Of a DNA stretch of 64,000 bases, positions 12,282 to 25,500 are shown piece by piece. Where the stretch lies: NCBI GenBank assembly GCA_013239625.1, contig MU053652.1, positions 3,275,902 to 3,339,901 on the forward strand. Reading direction: 5' to 3'. The notes under the pieces were generated by a model. That model saw nothing but the letters and a program-made list of their open reading frames with translations, was not told where the DNA came from and did not search any database. Source of the DNA: Lama guanicoe (Eukaryota). Both the position numbers and the translations under genes were made by a program. How positions within the stretch are numbered: the stretch's first letter is position 1; each line of letters opens with the position of its first letter.

Positions 12282-13649
12282 ATGTTCTCAGACTTCTTTT
12301 AATCTTAAATTGTTAATTCATGTTTTTGAGTAGGAGGCTAAAAAAGGTGATTGGGATCTCTGTATATTTGGGAGATGTTTGCTGATGGTGAGCTCAATTA
12401 CGGAAAGATCTGACTGGGCTATGATTTGGGGACTCCCCTTTGCTAAGTCTGTAGCTTCAGCTCTTTCCTCTCAGGCTGGTATTTTCTTCAGAGAGCTCTT
12501 CCACTCTCTTGAGAGTAAAAGCCTATTTGAATTCCTGGAGGAATTAAGGCTAGGGGCTAAATATCAGCATTAGCATGTATCATTCACTTAATACCCCTGT
12601 CTGCAGTTACGATACCTCTGCCTTTTCCCCTGTCTGGAGACACCCCCTCCCCCACCTCAAGTCCAGAAACCCTTCCAGGGAACAAATCTATTGATATTGT
12701 CATGGTGGGAGAGGGGCAGTCACCCAGTGGCACAGAGGAAGAAGGTTTTGGGGATCCAACATCTTCTCAATCAGCCTTTAACCAGTCTTCCTTATTTCAG
12801 CCTTGGGCTGTCAATTCCTGAGCCTTTTAAGAATGTTCTTGGCTTTCCCTTTGACTTTCTTGAGTCCATCAAGTCATTTTCACTTGTTGATATGCTTTCT
12901 AGACTTCAGAAATCACTTACTATCACTTCTTTCACTCTCTGGTTTGTGTGTGTGTGCGTGCGCGCACTTTATGTCCTTAAAATAACATTCTTTCAATGAG
13001 GCTTTGGAAGGAAGTGAAATTAGATGCATTTGTATGCTATCTCCATGCAGTATCTACATGATCTGTAATTATTTTATTTGCTTGTTTATTTCTGGCATAC
13101 TTATAGGTAGATAAGATAGAGACCTTGTCTGCACTCTCCCACTGCCTGGCACACAGTACTTATTCCTTCAATATTTATTGAATGAATAAATGAATGTATC
13201 TGAGCTGGGAGAAGTCAAGGCTAGAGTTCTCTATTTGGAAATCAGAAGCATATAAATGGAATTAAACCTAAGTGTTTAGCCCACAGAGATCTTATAGATT
13301 AAGAAGGCAGAATCCTGGGGAACACAGTGTTTATGTGGCTGACAGGAATGATCCATGTGTCACTGGAGAATCAGGAAGGAGAACTATTACTGAAGCCAAG
13401 TGAAAACTGAAGAAGGTGAGGCTAACAGTGTCATATGGTACAGAAAGGCTGTGTAAATTAAAGGCTGAAAAACAGCCATCATATTTGGCAAGTAGGGCAT
13501 CTCTGACTTTGGCTAGCTACTACAGAAACCACAGTAGACTGCTGGGGGTACAATTCATTGTACAATGAATTGAGGAGTAAGATGCAGATACCCAGTGTAG
13601 CTTTTTTTTTTTCAAAGCTTACTAGAAAGTAAATTTGGCATTCCAATTA

Positions 13650-14177
13650 TATATTGGTTTGTAATGAATCTCCCCCATATTTAGTGGCTCAAAACAACAA
13701 CAGTCATTTAATTATCATCTTGTGGCTCTGGAGGTTGACTGGGCTTAACTAGGCAATTCTTACTTGGATTCTCTCATGTGATTTTGCAGGCAGATGGAAG
13801 CTGGGGCTAGAGTTATCTTGATGGCTTCTTCATTGACATGTCAGGCTGTTGATGCAATCTGCTGGCTGGGACCTCAGCTAGTATTGTCAGCTATACCACC
13901 TACAAATGGCCTTTTCTATGTGACTTCACCTTCCTTACAGCATGGCAGCTGGGTTCCAGGAACAAGTTTCCCAAGAGAACCAGGTGGAAGCCCTATTGCC
14001 TTTTATGACCTAGCCTCAGAAGTCATAGGACATCACTTCCATCTCAGTCCCAGGTTCATCCAGATTCAAGGGGAGGGAACATAGGCCCCACCTCTCATTG
14101 GGAGGAGGGTCAACATCACAGTGTAAGTGGGTTGGGAAATTTCATTGTGGCCTTCTTGAAAAATACAATGGGCCACA
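13650..14177 (-). mobile_element. Older MLT1 (H-like) MaLR LTR
   Basis: ttagtggctcaaaacaac...ctgggacctcagct...ttttatgacctagcctcagaagtcat...cagattcaaggggaggg. Confidence 0.7.
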
Positions 14178-14984
14178 CGTGGCAACTGCTGGCAAAGTAG
14201 GGGCTGCTGCATGGGCAAACATGGTTCAAGGTTGGTGTCTGAGATCTGTAGAGTTGGACCAGATTAAAACTTACATTTAAAAAAAAAGTTCCCCTTTAAA
14301 ACTGACACCTAGTCCTTTCATTTTGTGGACTTCCTCTTTATACAAAAGAGATATGTAGAGAAATTCTGAACAAAATATATTAATGGTTTTTTGGAAATCT
14401 TTTCAATGTAAATCCTATTACATACGTTGCAACTTTAATGTGAACAACCTTGTGAGTTCCATTTTGAAAGAGATGGGAAGTCAGAACAGTGCATTCATTT
14501 TTGAATGATTTGGGATTCAGACAATCTTACTCATTTTTTATTGATTTTCCTTCAGAAAATTCCCATTGATGATTTCTCATTCTTCTCTCTTCTCCAACAT
14601 TAACGTATTCACAAAGCTCAATCTTACTTTGCATATGTTAGTAATCTGCCAAAATACTCTTGATTATGTGGCTCACAGCTCAGTATTTCTAGTATCTTCC
14701 ATTGTCTTCAGGGCCTAGTCCAGACCCTCAGTCTAAATTCAGGGTTCTCCATTTGGAGTCTACTTGTCCGTGTCCAACCTTACAGCACAGGATTCCATAT
14801 ACCCATGGTAGTTAACTCTTTGTAGATTACAAAGCCCTTTGAAAATTTGATGAAAGTCAAGGACCCTTTCCTCAGAAAAATGTGCATGCACTCAAAATTC
14901 TATATACAGTTTCATGGGGCTCACAGACTTCCTGCAGCCCATCTAGTAGACCTTATATTCAGAACCCCTGGCTGAATGAGGCTG

Positions 14985-15540
14985 TATAGTAGAGTGTTTA
15001 ATAAGAGTTCAAGCTCTATATTTACAGAACAGAAACAGACTCACAGACTCATAGAAAACAAACCGATGGTTACCATGGGGGAAAGGGGAGCGGCGAGGGA
15101 TAAATTGGGAGTTTAGGGTTTGCACTGTATAAAATAGGTAAACAACAAGGTCCCATTGTATAGCACTGAGAACTATATTCAATACCTTGTAATAGCCCAT
15201 AATGAAAAAGAATATGAAAAGGAATATATATATGTATAACTGAATCACCATGCTGTGACACCAAAAACCAACACAACATTGTAAATTGACTATACTTCTA
15301 TTAAAAAAAAAAAGAGTTCAAGTTCTACATCCAGACTGCCCAGTTTAATTCCAGTTTCTACCATTCTTACCAGCTAACCTCAGGAAGTAACTCCACCTCA
15401 TTTCTTAACATGTAGGGTGAGGATAATACTAGTATCTATGTTACTGGTGGTAGTGAGGATTGAATGAGATAATGGAGGGAAAATGCCTAGCTGAGTGCCT
15501 GGCAACATAGTTAAGTGCTCAATAAATGTTAGTAGCAATT
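14985..15540 (+). mobile_element. MIR SINE split by an L1 insertion
   Basis: MIR 3' part gtgaggattgaatgagataat...gtgcctggca...gtgctcaataaatgttag; 5' part interrupted at the TSD. Confidence 0.7.
15019..15311 (+). mobile_element. 5'-truncated L1 3' end with poly(A) and a 16-bp TSD
   Basis: TSD AAGAGTTCAAGCTCTA 15003-15018 / AAGAGTTCAAGTTCTA 15312-15327; A tail; L1 3' UTR motifs. Confidence 0.9.
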
Positions 15541-16199
15541 ACCCTTATTATTGTTGCTGTTGGACCTTCTCCAGCAAACGAAACAATTTGCTGTTCTTTA
15601 AACATGCTTTTAAAGTGGCTTTGCTATTATAATTTCCTCCACTTGGAATAATTTTTCCGTCCCCTTTCCCCATCTTTTACCCACAGAAGTTCATCCCTTA
15701 AACAGCTCCAGTGCCATTTCTTCCATTCAGACTCTCACATTACCTCCAGTGTGAGAGCTGTCTCTTTGTTTCAAGTTCCTAGAGCCCTTGATGTCTGTGC
15801 TGCCCACTCAGCACTAGCCCACCCACTGCGTGTTGCGCAGGTCTCAGAACTCTCTTCATCCATTTGTTGGTACTTACTGCTCTCACACTAGTGCAAGGCC
15901 TTGTGGCAGCTACAGAGATCTACCAGGTAGAGCCTCATTCCAAAGAGCAGGCAGTGAGGAGTGTGAATGGTACAAAGTGCTATGACAGTCCAGGCAGGGA
16001 AGAGATTCCATCTGACTGGGGCCTCCAGAGGAGGTGTCTGCCTGGAACTTGTGTTTGTGCTGGGTCTTGAAAGCCAAGTAGAGGTTAAGTAGCATGGATG
16101 GGGTGAGTAGACAGGGAAGGCTTTATCTTTTGACCTTCCCTAGGGATGTATGCCCTCAAAGGGTCTCTGACATTTTTAGTAGCTTTCAAAGAGCCTGTA

Positions 16200-17980
16200 A
16201 TAATACCACAAACATCAACTTTCTCAACTTTCTCCTTCCTCCAGGTGAACTTCATCATGACCACCTATCATATTTCATTATCTTAAGTATATATTCCCAA
16301 GCTGCAACTTCTCCCTGGGCTCTGGGCCTTATCCTCTCCCACCTCCTTGTTTTCATACCTGCCTGCCTCATTTTCAACCTCTTTTTCCAGCCCATTAGCT
16401 TATAAACATCCTCAAACCTCTTCTTTCTTCAAAACAACAAGAGAAACGATTCCTTAGCAACTGTAAAGTGGAGGGAAAAGACCATCTGGCTACTGTCCTC
16501 CTCTTTCACGCACTCAACCTGCTGTTTTTGCTTCTGCTTCTGTCAATTTACTGTAACCACATTTACCAAGGTCGTCAACAGTGTCCTGTTTTGTTCAGTC
16601 CAGATTTACTTTTCTGTTGACCTGCATTCCTGTTCCCTTGTTCATATTTGACCTCTTGTTCCCTGACTTGACAGCATCGATCACTGTTGACCATTCCCTT
16701 ATTCCTGAAACTCTTCTTTAATTCTCATGACTCCCTTTCTTCTGGCCGCTTGTGAGTCTCACCCACAGTGATTTTCTTCACCTGAGCTTAAATGTTGGGG
16801 ATTTTCTTCACAGTTTACACATTGTCCAATGGTGATTTTGTCCATTCCTATGACTTCCCCTGCTGCCTACATGTTGACAACCCTGAAATCTTGATTTTTT
16901 CTAGTCCAGGTCGCTCTCTTGTTCTCCAGACCCCCCCAGATAGCCAGCTTACCACTTCCCACAGTGGATAACCCACAGATATTTCATATTCAAAATGCCC
17001 CAAACAGAACATATCATGTTTTTCAATATATGCTTCCTCCGTAAGTCCCTTCTGGGGGAAATGGTAACCCTGTCCTTCCCCTGTTACATTAGTCAGTTTT
17101 AAAGATTTTACATCTTGAAGATTTCTTGAAACTGTCTCTTTCTCCTCATCTCTACTGCCACTTCCTTAGGACCAAAGATCCTCATAGCACAACCTCTTAC
17201 CTGAGCTGTAACTCCAGAGGGCTGCCAGAGTGATCTTTCTAAAATGGAAATAGAATCCCTAAACCTTCTTCTCCCTAAACCGTCTTCAGTGATGCCCATC
17301 ATCTACACCAGGCTCCTCAGCTTCAGCACTGTTGACGTGTGGGGCAGGCTAATTCTGTTTTGTGGGGGTGCCTTCCTGTCACTGTAGGATGTTTAGCAGC
17401 ATCCCTATCCTCTACTTACTAGATGTTGATAGCACACCCACCACCTAGTTATGACAACCTAAAATGTCTCCAAACATTGACAACTGTCCCCAGGAGTCAA
17501 GGCAGCAAAACTGCCCCTGTTTGAGAACCAGTGATCTACAGCATAAAATCTAGGTTTCTTTATGATCTGCCTCTCCAGCCTCATCTGAGTCCATATTGCC
17601 CCCTGTCCTCCAGGTTCATCACTTACTAGGAACCTGGGGGCTCCCACCCACTACTCCTTTAGCTTGACTAACTTTCTTAGCCCTCAGAGCCTTCAGCTCA
17701 GAAGTCACCCCTCTGGAAGTAGTTGTTGACTCTTTTAGTCTGGATTAGGTACCAGTCTTACATGCTCCTGTTGCAGCCCCTGCTTCCCTCTACTTGTTCA
17801 TCGTGCAGTGTAGCATCTGTTCACTTATCTTTCTTCCCAGCGTCAGCGAGAACTGGACGGCAAGGATTGTGTTTTGTTACCTCTGTGTCCTCAGCACAGT
17901 GCTCACTCCTAGTAGGCACCCAGTCAATGCTGACTGAGTGAATGGTTGGTGTTCAATGAGGCTTTGTTGAATGGATGAAT
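16200..17980 (+). mobile_element. L2 LINE fragment, interrupted by MER20
   Basis: Pyrimidine-rich L2 body, ccagagtgatctttctaaaatg, tail gtaggcacccagtcaatgctgactgagtgaatg. Confidence 0.6.
17309..17533 (-). mobile_element. MER20 hAT-Charlie element with 8-bp TSD
   Basis: MER20 motifs (tgtaggatgtttagcagcatccct, aaaatgtctccaaacattg, ttgagaaccagtg); TSD ATCTACAC 17301-17308 / ATCTACAG 17534-17541. Confidence 0.85.
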
Positions 17981-18616
17981 AGTCCTCCTTGAAACAGCTG
18001 CTTTTCTCAGCTCTTTCACTTTCCACCATTCCATCCTGTTTATGTAATTGAAAAAAAAAAGCTAGTTGGTCAGTAGGTCAAGAAACAGTCACCCCCAAAG
18101 CAGGAATTTTAAGGAAAGCAGTCTGGCAGTTCCATAAACTCTATGGTACTCTGCGTAGAGTGGAACACGAATAGTTTTTCGCTGTGGTTGGTACCAGAAA
18201 GGTCAGGAACAAGAAGTTGGACCAAAATGGGAAAATGGGAAAGAAACACTACATTTTTCTGCTACAGCATATGGATTTCTCATTAGTCTCTGTAAGGGAA
18301 AACCGGGGGCGGGAAGGACTCAGCGACTGCAGCTGTCCACACTCTCCCCCCATCATTCTGCTGCCACCACACCTGGTCCCCAGAGACACCCTCACTTCTT
18401 AGCTATGTTGGCTGAGGTATGGACAAATCCCCTTGGTTCAGCAGAGACTAGCCTGGAATATTTCAAAAGAAGCTTTGCTAGGAAACTAGTGGGAAAAACA
18501 AAACAAAAGTAAAAACAGGAAACAGCTTATAGAAATTTTTAAAATACAGAGAAAGAAAGAGAAAAAAAGAAAACCCCTTAGCCTAAGATAACTGAATTCT
18601 AGTATTAGCTTTTCTT

Positions 18617-18750
18617 TTTGTTTTGTTTTAGGGGGGAAGTAATTGGGTTTATTTATTTACTTATTTATTTTAATGGCGGTACTGGGGATTGAACCCAGGA
18701 CCTTGTGCATGCTAAGCATGTGCTCTACCCCTGAGCTATATCCTCCCCTC
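18617..18750 (-). mobile_element. tRNA-Ala-derived SINE (Vic-1 type, camelid)
   Basis: Minus strand reads ggggaggatatagctcaggggtagagcacatgcttagcatgcacaaggtcctgggttcaatccccagtacc plus an A-rich tail; TSD AGTATTAGCTTTTCTT 18601-18616 / AGTGTTAGCTTTTCTT 18751-18766. Confidence 0.85.
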
Positions 18751-20834
18751 AGTGTTAGCTTTTCTTGACTTAATTTACCAGGCACATTTTTTTTCTTTTT
18801 TTCTGTTTGTTTGCTTTTTTGTTTTTTGTTTTGTTTTGTTTTGCCACAGTATTGTGTCCCTCTGAGGAACTCATCCTAGAGTCTCCCTTTTCAGTCTTTG
18901 AATATTTTCCTTCTCTCACTTAAGACTCTTCTCTGTCTTCCTCTAGGAAGGAGTTGAAATTGGCATTAGAGTCACTTTCTCTTACCGACAGCAGGTTACT
19001 AGATCAGACGGAGAAAGGGGCTTTCCAGCCTTTCTCTCAGGATAAAATAGTTCAAGGGTTCCACTTCTGAGGACCAATGCTAAGTGTCCATGACAAAGGT
19101 TTTACTTGCCTGGGCTGAAAGGAAAAACACAGACAATATCAGTGATTTTTAAAAACAACACTAAAGGGTTGAACTTTTTATCCTGGGTTTTTTTTTTCTT
19201 TCTTACTTTTTAATTGTTAAAATAGCAGATGGTAGTTTGAGGTTTTGCTTTGTTTTCGTTTTTTTATGTCCTTGTCAAAGTTAAGATAACTACAGATAAC
19301 TCTCTGTAGGTACCCCCAGTTTTAAAAAATTCTTCCTGGTCTTTGGTCTCCAAAACTCTGACCAACAGATATTCTGTAAGGCATTAAAGTGTATCTTATA
19401 TTGTTTTTATGCTTTGTGGGTCATTTGAAAAGGTATTTTATATGTAAATTGTTTACTTTTCAATCCTAACAGGACCTGCTGTATGTAGTTAACTATGTTT
19501 TCAAGGGCAAGTTATACAGGTTTTAAAGTTTATTCTCTTTTAAGGAACCAGGTAGTTGCTGTAATATAATCCTCATTCTAGATATTCATATATTGATTGA
19601 ATATCAATAAATGCACCCACCATATGCTGGGTCCTGGGTAAATACAAATTTGAGTAAATTATTGTCCCTGGCTTCAAGGAAATCCTAGGCTAGGGAAGAA
19701 AGTCAAGGTGGAAACAACAGTACAGGGGTCAGTACTCTGGGAGCCAGAGAGAAAGTACCTAGTTCCATCTTGGACAGCTTTATAGAGGAAGTAAAGTTTT
19801 GCCCATGGACACGTTGAGGAAAGGCATTCTAGGCAGACATTTACTAAGACTGGAGACCTGAGTGAGTGTGACACATTGGGGAACATTCAGGCAACTTCAC
19901 CTTGGGAACTTGTGGGACAGTGGCATAAGATGAAGCTGGAAAGGTATTGCCCAGCTTTGATTTTGTATTTCACAGCTACCTGTTACTGAACATATGATCA
20001 TACTGGTAGGCCAGAAAAAAAGCCTGAGCAAGAAAGCTATATTTTGTAATGTCTTTATTCATTAGTCTTCCCTCACTTAGTAGCTTTCAGAAATGACACT
20101 GAAACAGAATATGGGTAAATGCTTTGTGCTTGGATTCAGAGTTTACTATCAGAGTAGAGGACAGGGGAGACCTGACAGCATTTTTGCAGACTATAAACCT
20201 TCCCTGAGCCCACAACTGCCCCAGCTGCTCCGAGAGCAGATGCCATCATGGTGACATCTGAGGAGCAAGGAGCAGAAAGGCCTGCAAAACCGGGTCCTGC
20301 CCTGGTGGTAACACCTGGAAATTGTGCTCAGGACTGCGTGCCACTTTTTTTTGGGGGGGGGGGTGTAAATTTGGAGGGTATCCAGAGAAGATGGCCAAAA
20401 AACCATCCTACAAAGAGTAAAAGTAAAAAGGACAAGAGAGCTGCCTTTAGTTTCTGAATGGATTGCTTGAGGCTGAGTTATATGGCTTTTTCTGGGTTGT
20501 ACCAATAGACTGGATGGAGATTAGAGGTCAATTTTGGTTCAATGTCAGAAATAATTTTTAAGAGTTTTTTTCCTAATTACATACTGCTATGAGATTATTT
20601 TGACAAAATTTGGAAATGTTTTGACAGAAACATGATAACCATCTTCACCTGTGGAAATACTGTGCGAAGTTCTATTTGCAGAGATGGTTGGGCCTTCTAG
20701 AGCTCCTTCCATCTTTAAATTCGATGACATTTTAGCATTTGTTTGAATTTTTAAAATATCTTGTCTCTCTCCCAACTTTGCCACCCTTATCCTTAAATTA
20801 AACCAATTATTTGTGAATTTTCTTATTTTTTTAG

Positions 20835-20898
20835 TATCTGACCAAAAGGATACCACAGAACCCACGGTATCAGCATGTCAAGTCAAGACTAGACACTG
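20835..20898 (+). CDS. CEP41: CEP41 exon 2 (YLTKRIPQNPRYQHVKSRLDT-G)
   Basis: tttttag| ... CTG|gtgagt; 64 nt, frame continuous. Confidence 0.95.
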
Positions 20899-22574
20899 GT
20901 GAGTAAAGATTAGAAAATTTAAACTTAAAAAAAAATCTAATAGCTGATTATTGACAAGAAGCAGCGTGGTGTGCCTAGTATAAATCATAGCCAAAAGTTT
21001 CTCGCTGTCTTTTCTGGTGTCTTTCTGGGCTCAGGACTTATCTTTGAAAGCTGTTTTTCAGATTATCATTAAAAATCTCCATTCACATAACTGAGAAACT
21101 GTAAATTGAGAAACTGATAAAAACATTGTTCAGTAAGTTGCAGAGCTGAGGCTAATGAATACCAGGACATCAACCTCTATTTTGGAACACCTTATGTATA
21201 TTTATTTAAGCTGGGAGTAATAAATTGTCCTTGTGCACATTTGCTCAGTTCCACATTGTAGAGTACCAGCTACATGCAGAGCTATGTGTTATGGGACATA
21301 CAAAGATGAGTGTTAATCATGATTTTTGCAATCAAAGAGCTTAGGCTTAAGTGGAGGCAGACAGACTTGAATGAGTAACTATAATACCAGACAAAATTAA
21401 ATTAGTGCTGCAATTCAGGTAAATGAAATTTAAGAGAGCATTACTGCTTATTTCCATGCTGTTGACATTTTTCAGTCTCACGATGAAGACCACTCCCCAG
21501 ATGCCTAGTGGGTTTGCAGTCTTGTGAGATTTTGGTTGTTTGTTTAGTGGTTTTCAACCTCTTAAAGTCTGCTGTGGAAAATCCATCCTATTAAGATGGT
21601 TTTGCTAGCAGATTGGGGTACTGTATGTTTTTAGCAATACTGAATTTTCTACCAGTAATCTCAAGACAACTGAGAAAATAAACTGGGATGTTGACTTTGT
21701 TTAACTCTCACTCATTTTGTCTTTCTCTTTCTTCAGTCTCCTTCAAATTACGATCGTCCATTATGCATGTTTCCTTATATAATGTAGACTCAAATTAAAT
21801 GTTTTAAATGAATCACACTTGCAGATTCTGTTTCTTGGGAACTTTCTTTCAAACATTTTCATGCTGTACAGATATTTATCCTTGCAAATATCCTGTTTGA
21901 TGGGAGGTAAAAAATGTTATCTCTGTTTTTGAGGGGAAGGATGTTTTAGTCCAGAGATACTGTGATTTACTTAAAGTTCAATAAAGAGATAGAACTAGGA
22001 TTTGTATGCAGGATGAGGAAGTTGATATTGCAGACCTGGTGTTAATTCCTGTGTACTGCCTCTTTGGCCATGCTGTCCCAGGATTTCTTCCAGCCTCATT
22101 TCTTCTACCACAAGTGCCTTTAACTTCTCCATCTCTACCTATCGCCCCTTAATTGCAACTGTGACCCACCCTTCTCAGATAAGTTATCCTGTGAGGGAAG
22201 TAATTTGATTAAAAATGCTGTATTTTCTCTGAGCATTGCAAATAACATTTTAAAGACTAATGTAAAAGAATGCATTTCTTTTGGAAACATTTTAAAATTA
22301 AAATTTGTAAGAGCTGAGGTCTTTTTTCAGATATATAGATTTGTCAATAGCTTAATTTTTTTCCCTCCTGCAAATTGAATTGGGTTCTATCAATAAAACC
22401 CCATTTATTTCTCTTCAGTTCCTCAATTCATAACTAAAATTTGACTTAATAATGGAACCTGAAATTAATTTCAGTTTTTTTGACATTGAGATCTTTATAC
22501 CTGCTTTTTATAATTCAAAGTAATTACCTGTATCTTTTTATATCATGAGATTTTTAAACTAGTGCTTTTGCTAA

Positions 22575-25500
22575 TTAAACTTTTTATTTTGAAGTAATTG
22601 TAGATTCACATGTAATTATAAGAAACAAAACAAAGATTCCATGTACTCTTCACCCAGTTTCCAATAGTAATATCTTGGAAAACTATATTGCAATATCACA
22701 ACCATGATATTGACATTGATAAACACAGTCTGGATACAGAACATTTCCATGACCACAAGGATCTCTCACATCCACTTTCCATCCTCACCCACTCCTTAGC
22801 CCCCTGACTACCATTACTCTATTCTCCGTTTCTATAATTTTGTCATTTCACAAATGGGAGGTAAAAAATGTTATCTCTGCTTTTGAGGAGGAGGAATAAA
22901 AGGAATCATACAGTGTGCAGCTTTTTCGATTGGCTTTTTCACTCAGCAAATTCTCTGGAAATTCATCCAGGTTCATGTATTAGTAGTTCGTACCTTTCTA
23001 TTACTGAGTAGTGTTCCATGGTATGAATGCACCAGAGCTTAACCGTTTACCTGTTGAAGAACATCTGGATTGTTTCTACTTTTTTACTATCAGAAGTAAA
23101 GATGCTATAAACATTCATGTACAGATTTTTGCGTGAATATAAGTCTTCATTTAGCTGGGATTAATGCCCAGAAGTGCAATTGCTGGGTTGTATGGTAGTT
23201 GCATATGTCATTTTTTAAGAAACTGCCAAACTGTTTTCCAGAGTGGCTGGACCATTTTACATTCCTGCCAGCAATGTGTGAGTGATTCAGTTTCTCCACA
23301 TCCTCACTGGCATTTGGTGGTGTGGCCATTTTTAATTTTAGCCATTCTCCTGGATGTGTAGTAGCATATCGTTGCCCTTGTGATTTGCATTTCCCTAATG
23401 ATGTGGGATGTTGAATATCTCTTCATGCGCTTATTTGCCATCGTTAAGTCTTCTTCAGTGACATGTCTATTCATGTCTTTTGCCTGTGTTCTAATTGGAT
23501 TGTTTGCTTTTTAATTGAGTTTTGAGTGTTCTCTATATATCCTAGCTATTAGTCCTTTGTTGGATACCTGGTTTGCAAATAGTTTCTGCCAGTCTATAGC
23601 CTGTGTTTCCACCTTCCTTCTAGGGTCTTTCAAAGAACAAAAGTTTTTCATTTGGGTGAAGTCCAGTTTATCAGTGTGACCTTTTATGGATCATACTTTT
23701 GTTGTCAGGTCTAAGAACTCTTTGCCCAGCTTAGATCCCAAAGATTTTCTGTCATGCTTTTTTCTAAAAGTTTTATAGTTTGAAGTTTTACATTTAAGTT
23801 CATGATACATTTCAAGGTAATTTCTATATAAGGTTTAACTTAGATTGAGATCAACTTTTTGCTATGGTTGTCCAATTGCTCTAGCACCATTTGTGGAAAA
23901 GGTTATCTTTCCTCTGTTGAATCGTGTCAAAAACCAGTTGGGTGTATTCATGTGGATCTGTTTCTGTTCCACAGACTTATGTGTCTGTCCCTCTGCCAGC
24001 CTTGATTATTGTAGCTATATAGTAAATTGGATACTTAAAATTGGTTAGACTGATTATTCCTACTTTATTTTTCTTTATAAAATTATTTCATCTACTCTAA
24101 TTCCTTTGCCTTTCCATGTAAATTTTAGAATAATCTTAATTACATTTGTAAAAATATTGCTTTAGTTTTGATAGGAGTTGCATTAAACCTGTCTCATCAA
24201 TTTGGGAAAATTTGACATGTTAATATGTTAAGTCTTACAATCCATTAATGTACTATGTCTCTCCATATATTTGAATATTTATTTCTTTTATCGACATTGT
24301 ATAGTTTTCAGCATATAAATCCTATACATGTTTTGTTAGGTTTATACATAAATATTTCCTTTTTTGAGCAATTACAAATGGTATTGTATTTTTAATTTTG
24401 GTGTCCATGTGTTCATTCCTACTATATAGAAATATAGCTTATTTTTGTATATTTATCTTATATCCTGAGACCTTACCAAAGGAGTTTTTTCAGTAGGTTC
24501 CTTGGGCTTTTCTCTGTAGACAATCATGTCGTCTACAAAAAGGAAGTTTTATTTCTTCCTTTCCATTCTGTTTGTATTTATTTCCTTTTATCGCCTTATT
24601 GCACTGGCTAGAACCTCCAGAACTATGTTAAATAAGTGTGGTTAGAGAGAATATCCTTGTCCTTTATCCAAGTCTTAGTGGGAAAGCATTCAATTTTTCA
24701 TCATTAAGGATAATGTTAGTTACGTCAGGTTGAGGAAGTTTTCCACCTATACCGATTTTTCTGAGAGTTTCTGTCATGAATGACTGTTGAATTTTATCAA
24801 ATGCTTTCACTGCATCAGTTGATATAATCATATGATTTTTTCCTTTAGCTTATTAATATAATGGACTATATTGACATTTTAAAATATTGTAGTAGTTTTG
24901 CATCTATGGAATATACGTCACTTAGTCAGGGTGTATAATTCTAATTATACATTATTGAATTCTGTTTACCATTTCATTAAAGACTTTTGTGTCTGTGTTC
25001 ATGAGGGACATTGGTTTACAGCTTTCTGTTTGTTTTTTGGATTGTCTTTGTCTGGTTTTAGTATCAGAGTAATACTGACCTCATAAAATGAGTTGGAAAG
25101 TGTTCCCTCCTGTTCTGTCTTCTGGAAAAGATTATGTGTTATTGATATTAATTCTTTCTTAAACATTTGGTAGAATTCTTCAGTAAAATCATCTGAGCCT
25201 GGAGATTTCTTTTTTGAGAATTTTAAAATTTGGAACTCAGTTGTTCTGTAGTTATGGGGATATTCAAATTATTTGTTTCATATTGGGTGAGTTTTGGTCA
25301 TTTGTATTTTTTGAGGAATTAGTACATTCCATCCAAGTTTTCAGGTTTATGTGTGTGGAGTTGTTTGTAGTGTTCCCTTTTCATCCCTCCGATGTCTGCA
25401 GTGTCTGAGGTGACAGCCCCTGTTTCATTCCTGATGTTGGTAATCTGCGGCTTTTCTTTTTTCTTCACTACAGGTTTGTTCATTTTATTGATTCTTTCAA

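Noticed and set aside
18680..18750. tRNA-Ala gene
   Set aside because: A degenerate stem, an A-rich tail and a TSD show that it is a SINE head.
20345..20363. T8-G11 homopolymer run, and (TG)n or (TA)n tracts near 30096 and 34200
   Set aside because: Ordinary microsatellite or low-complexity sequence.
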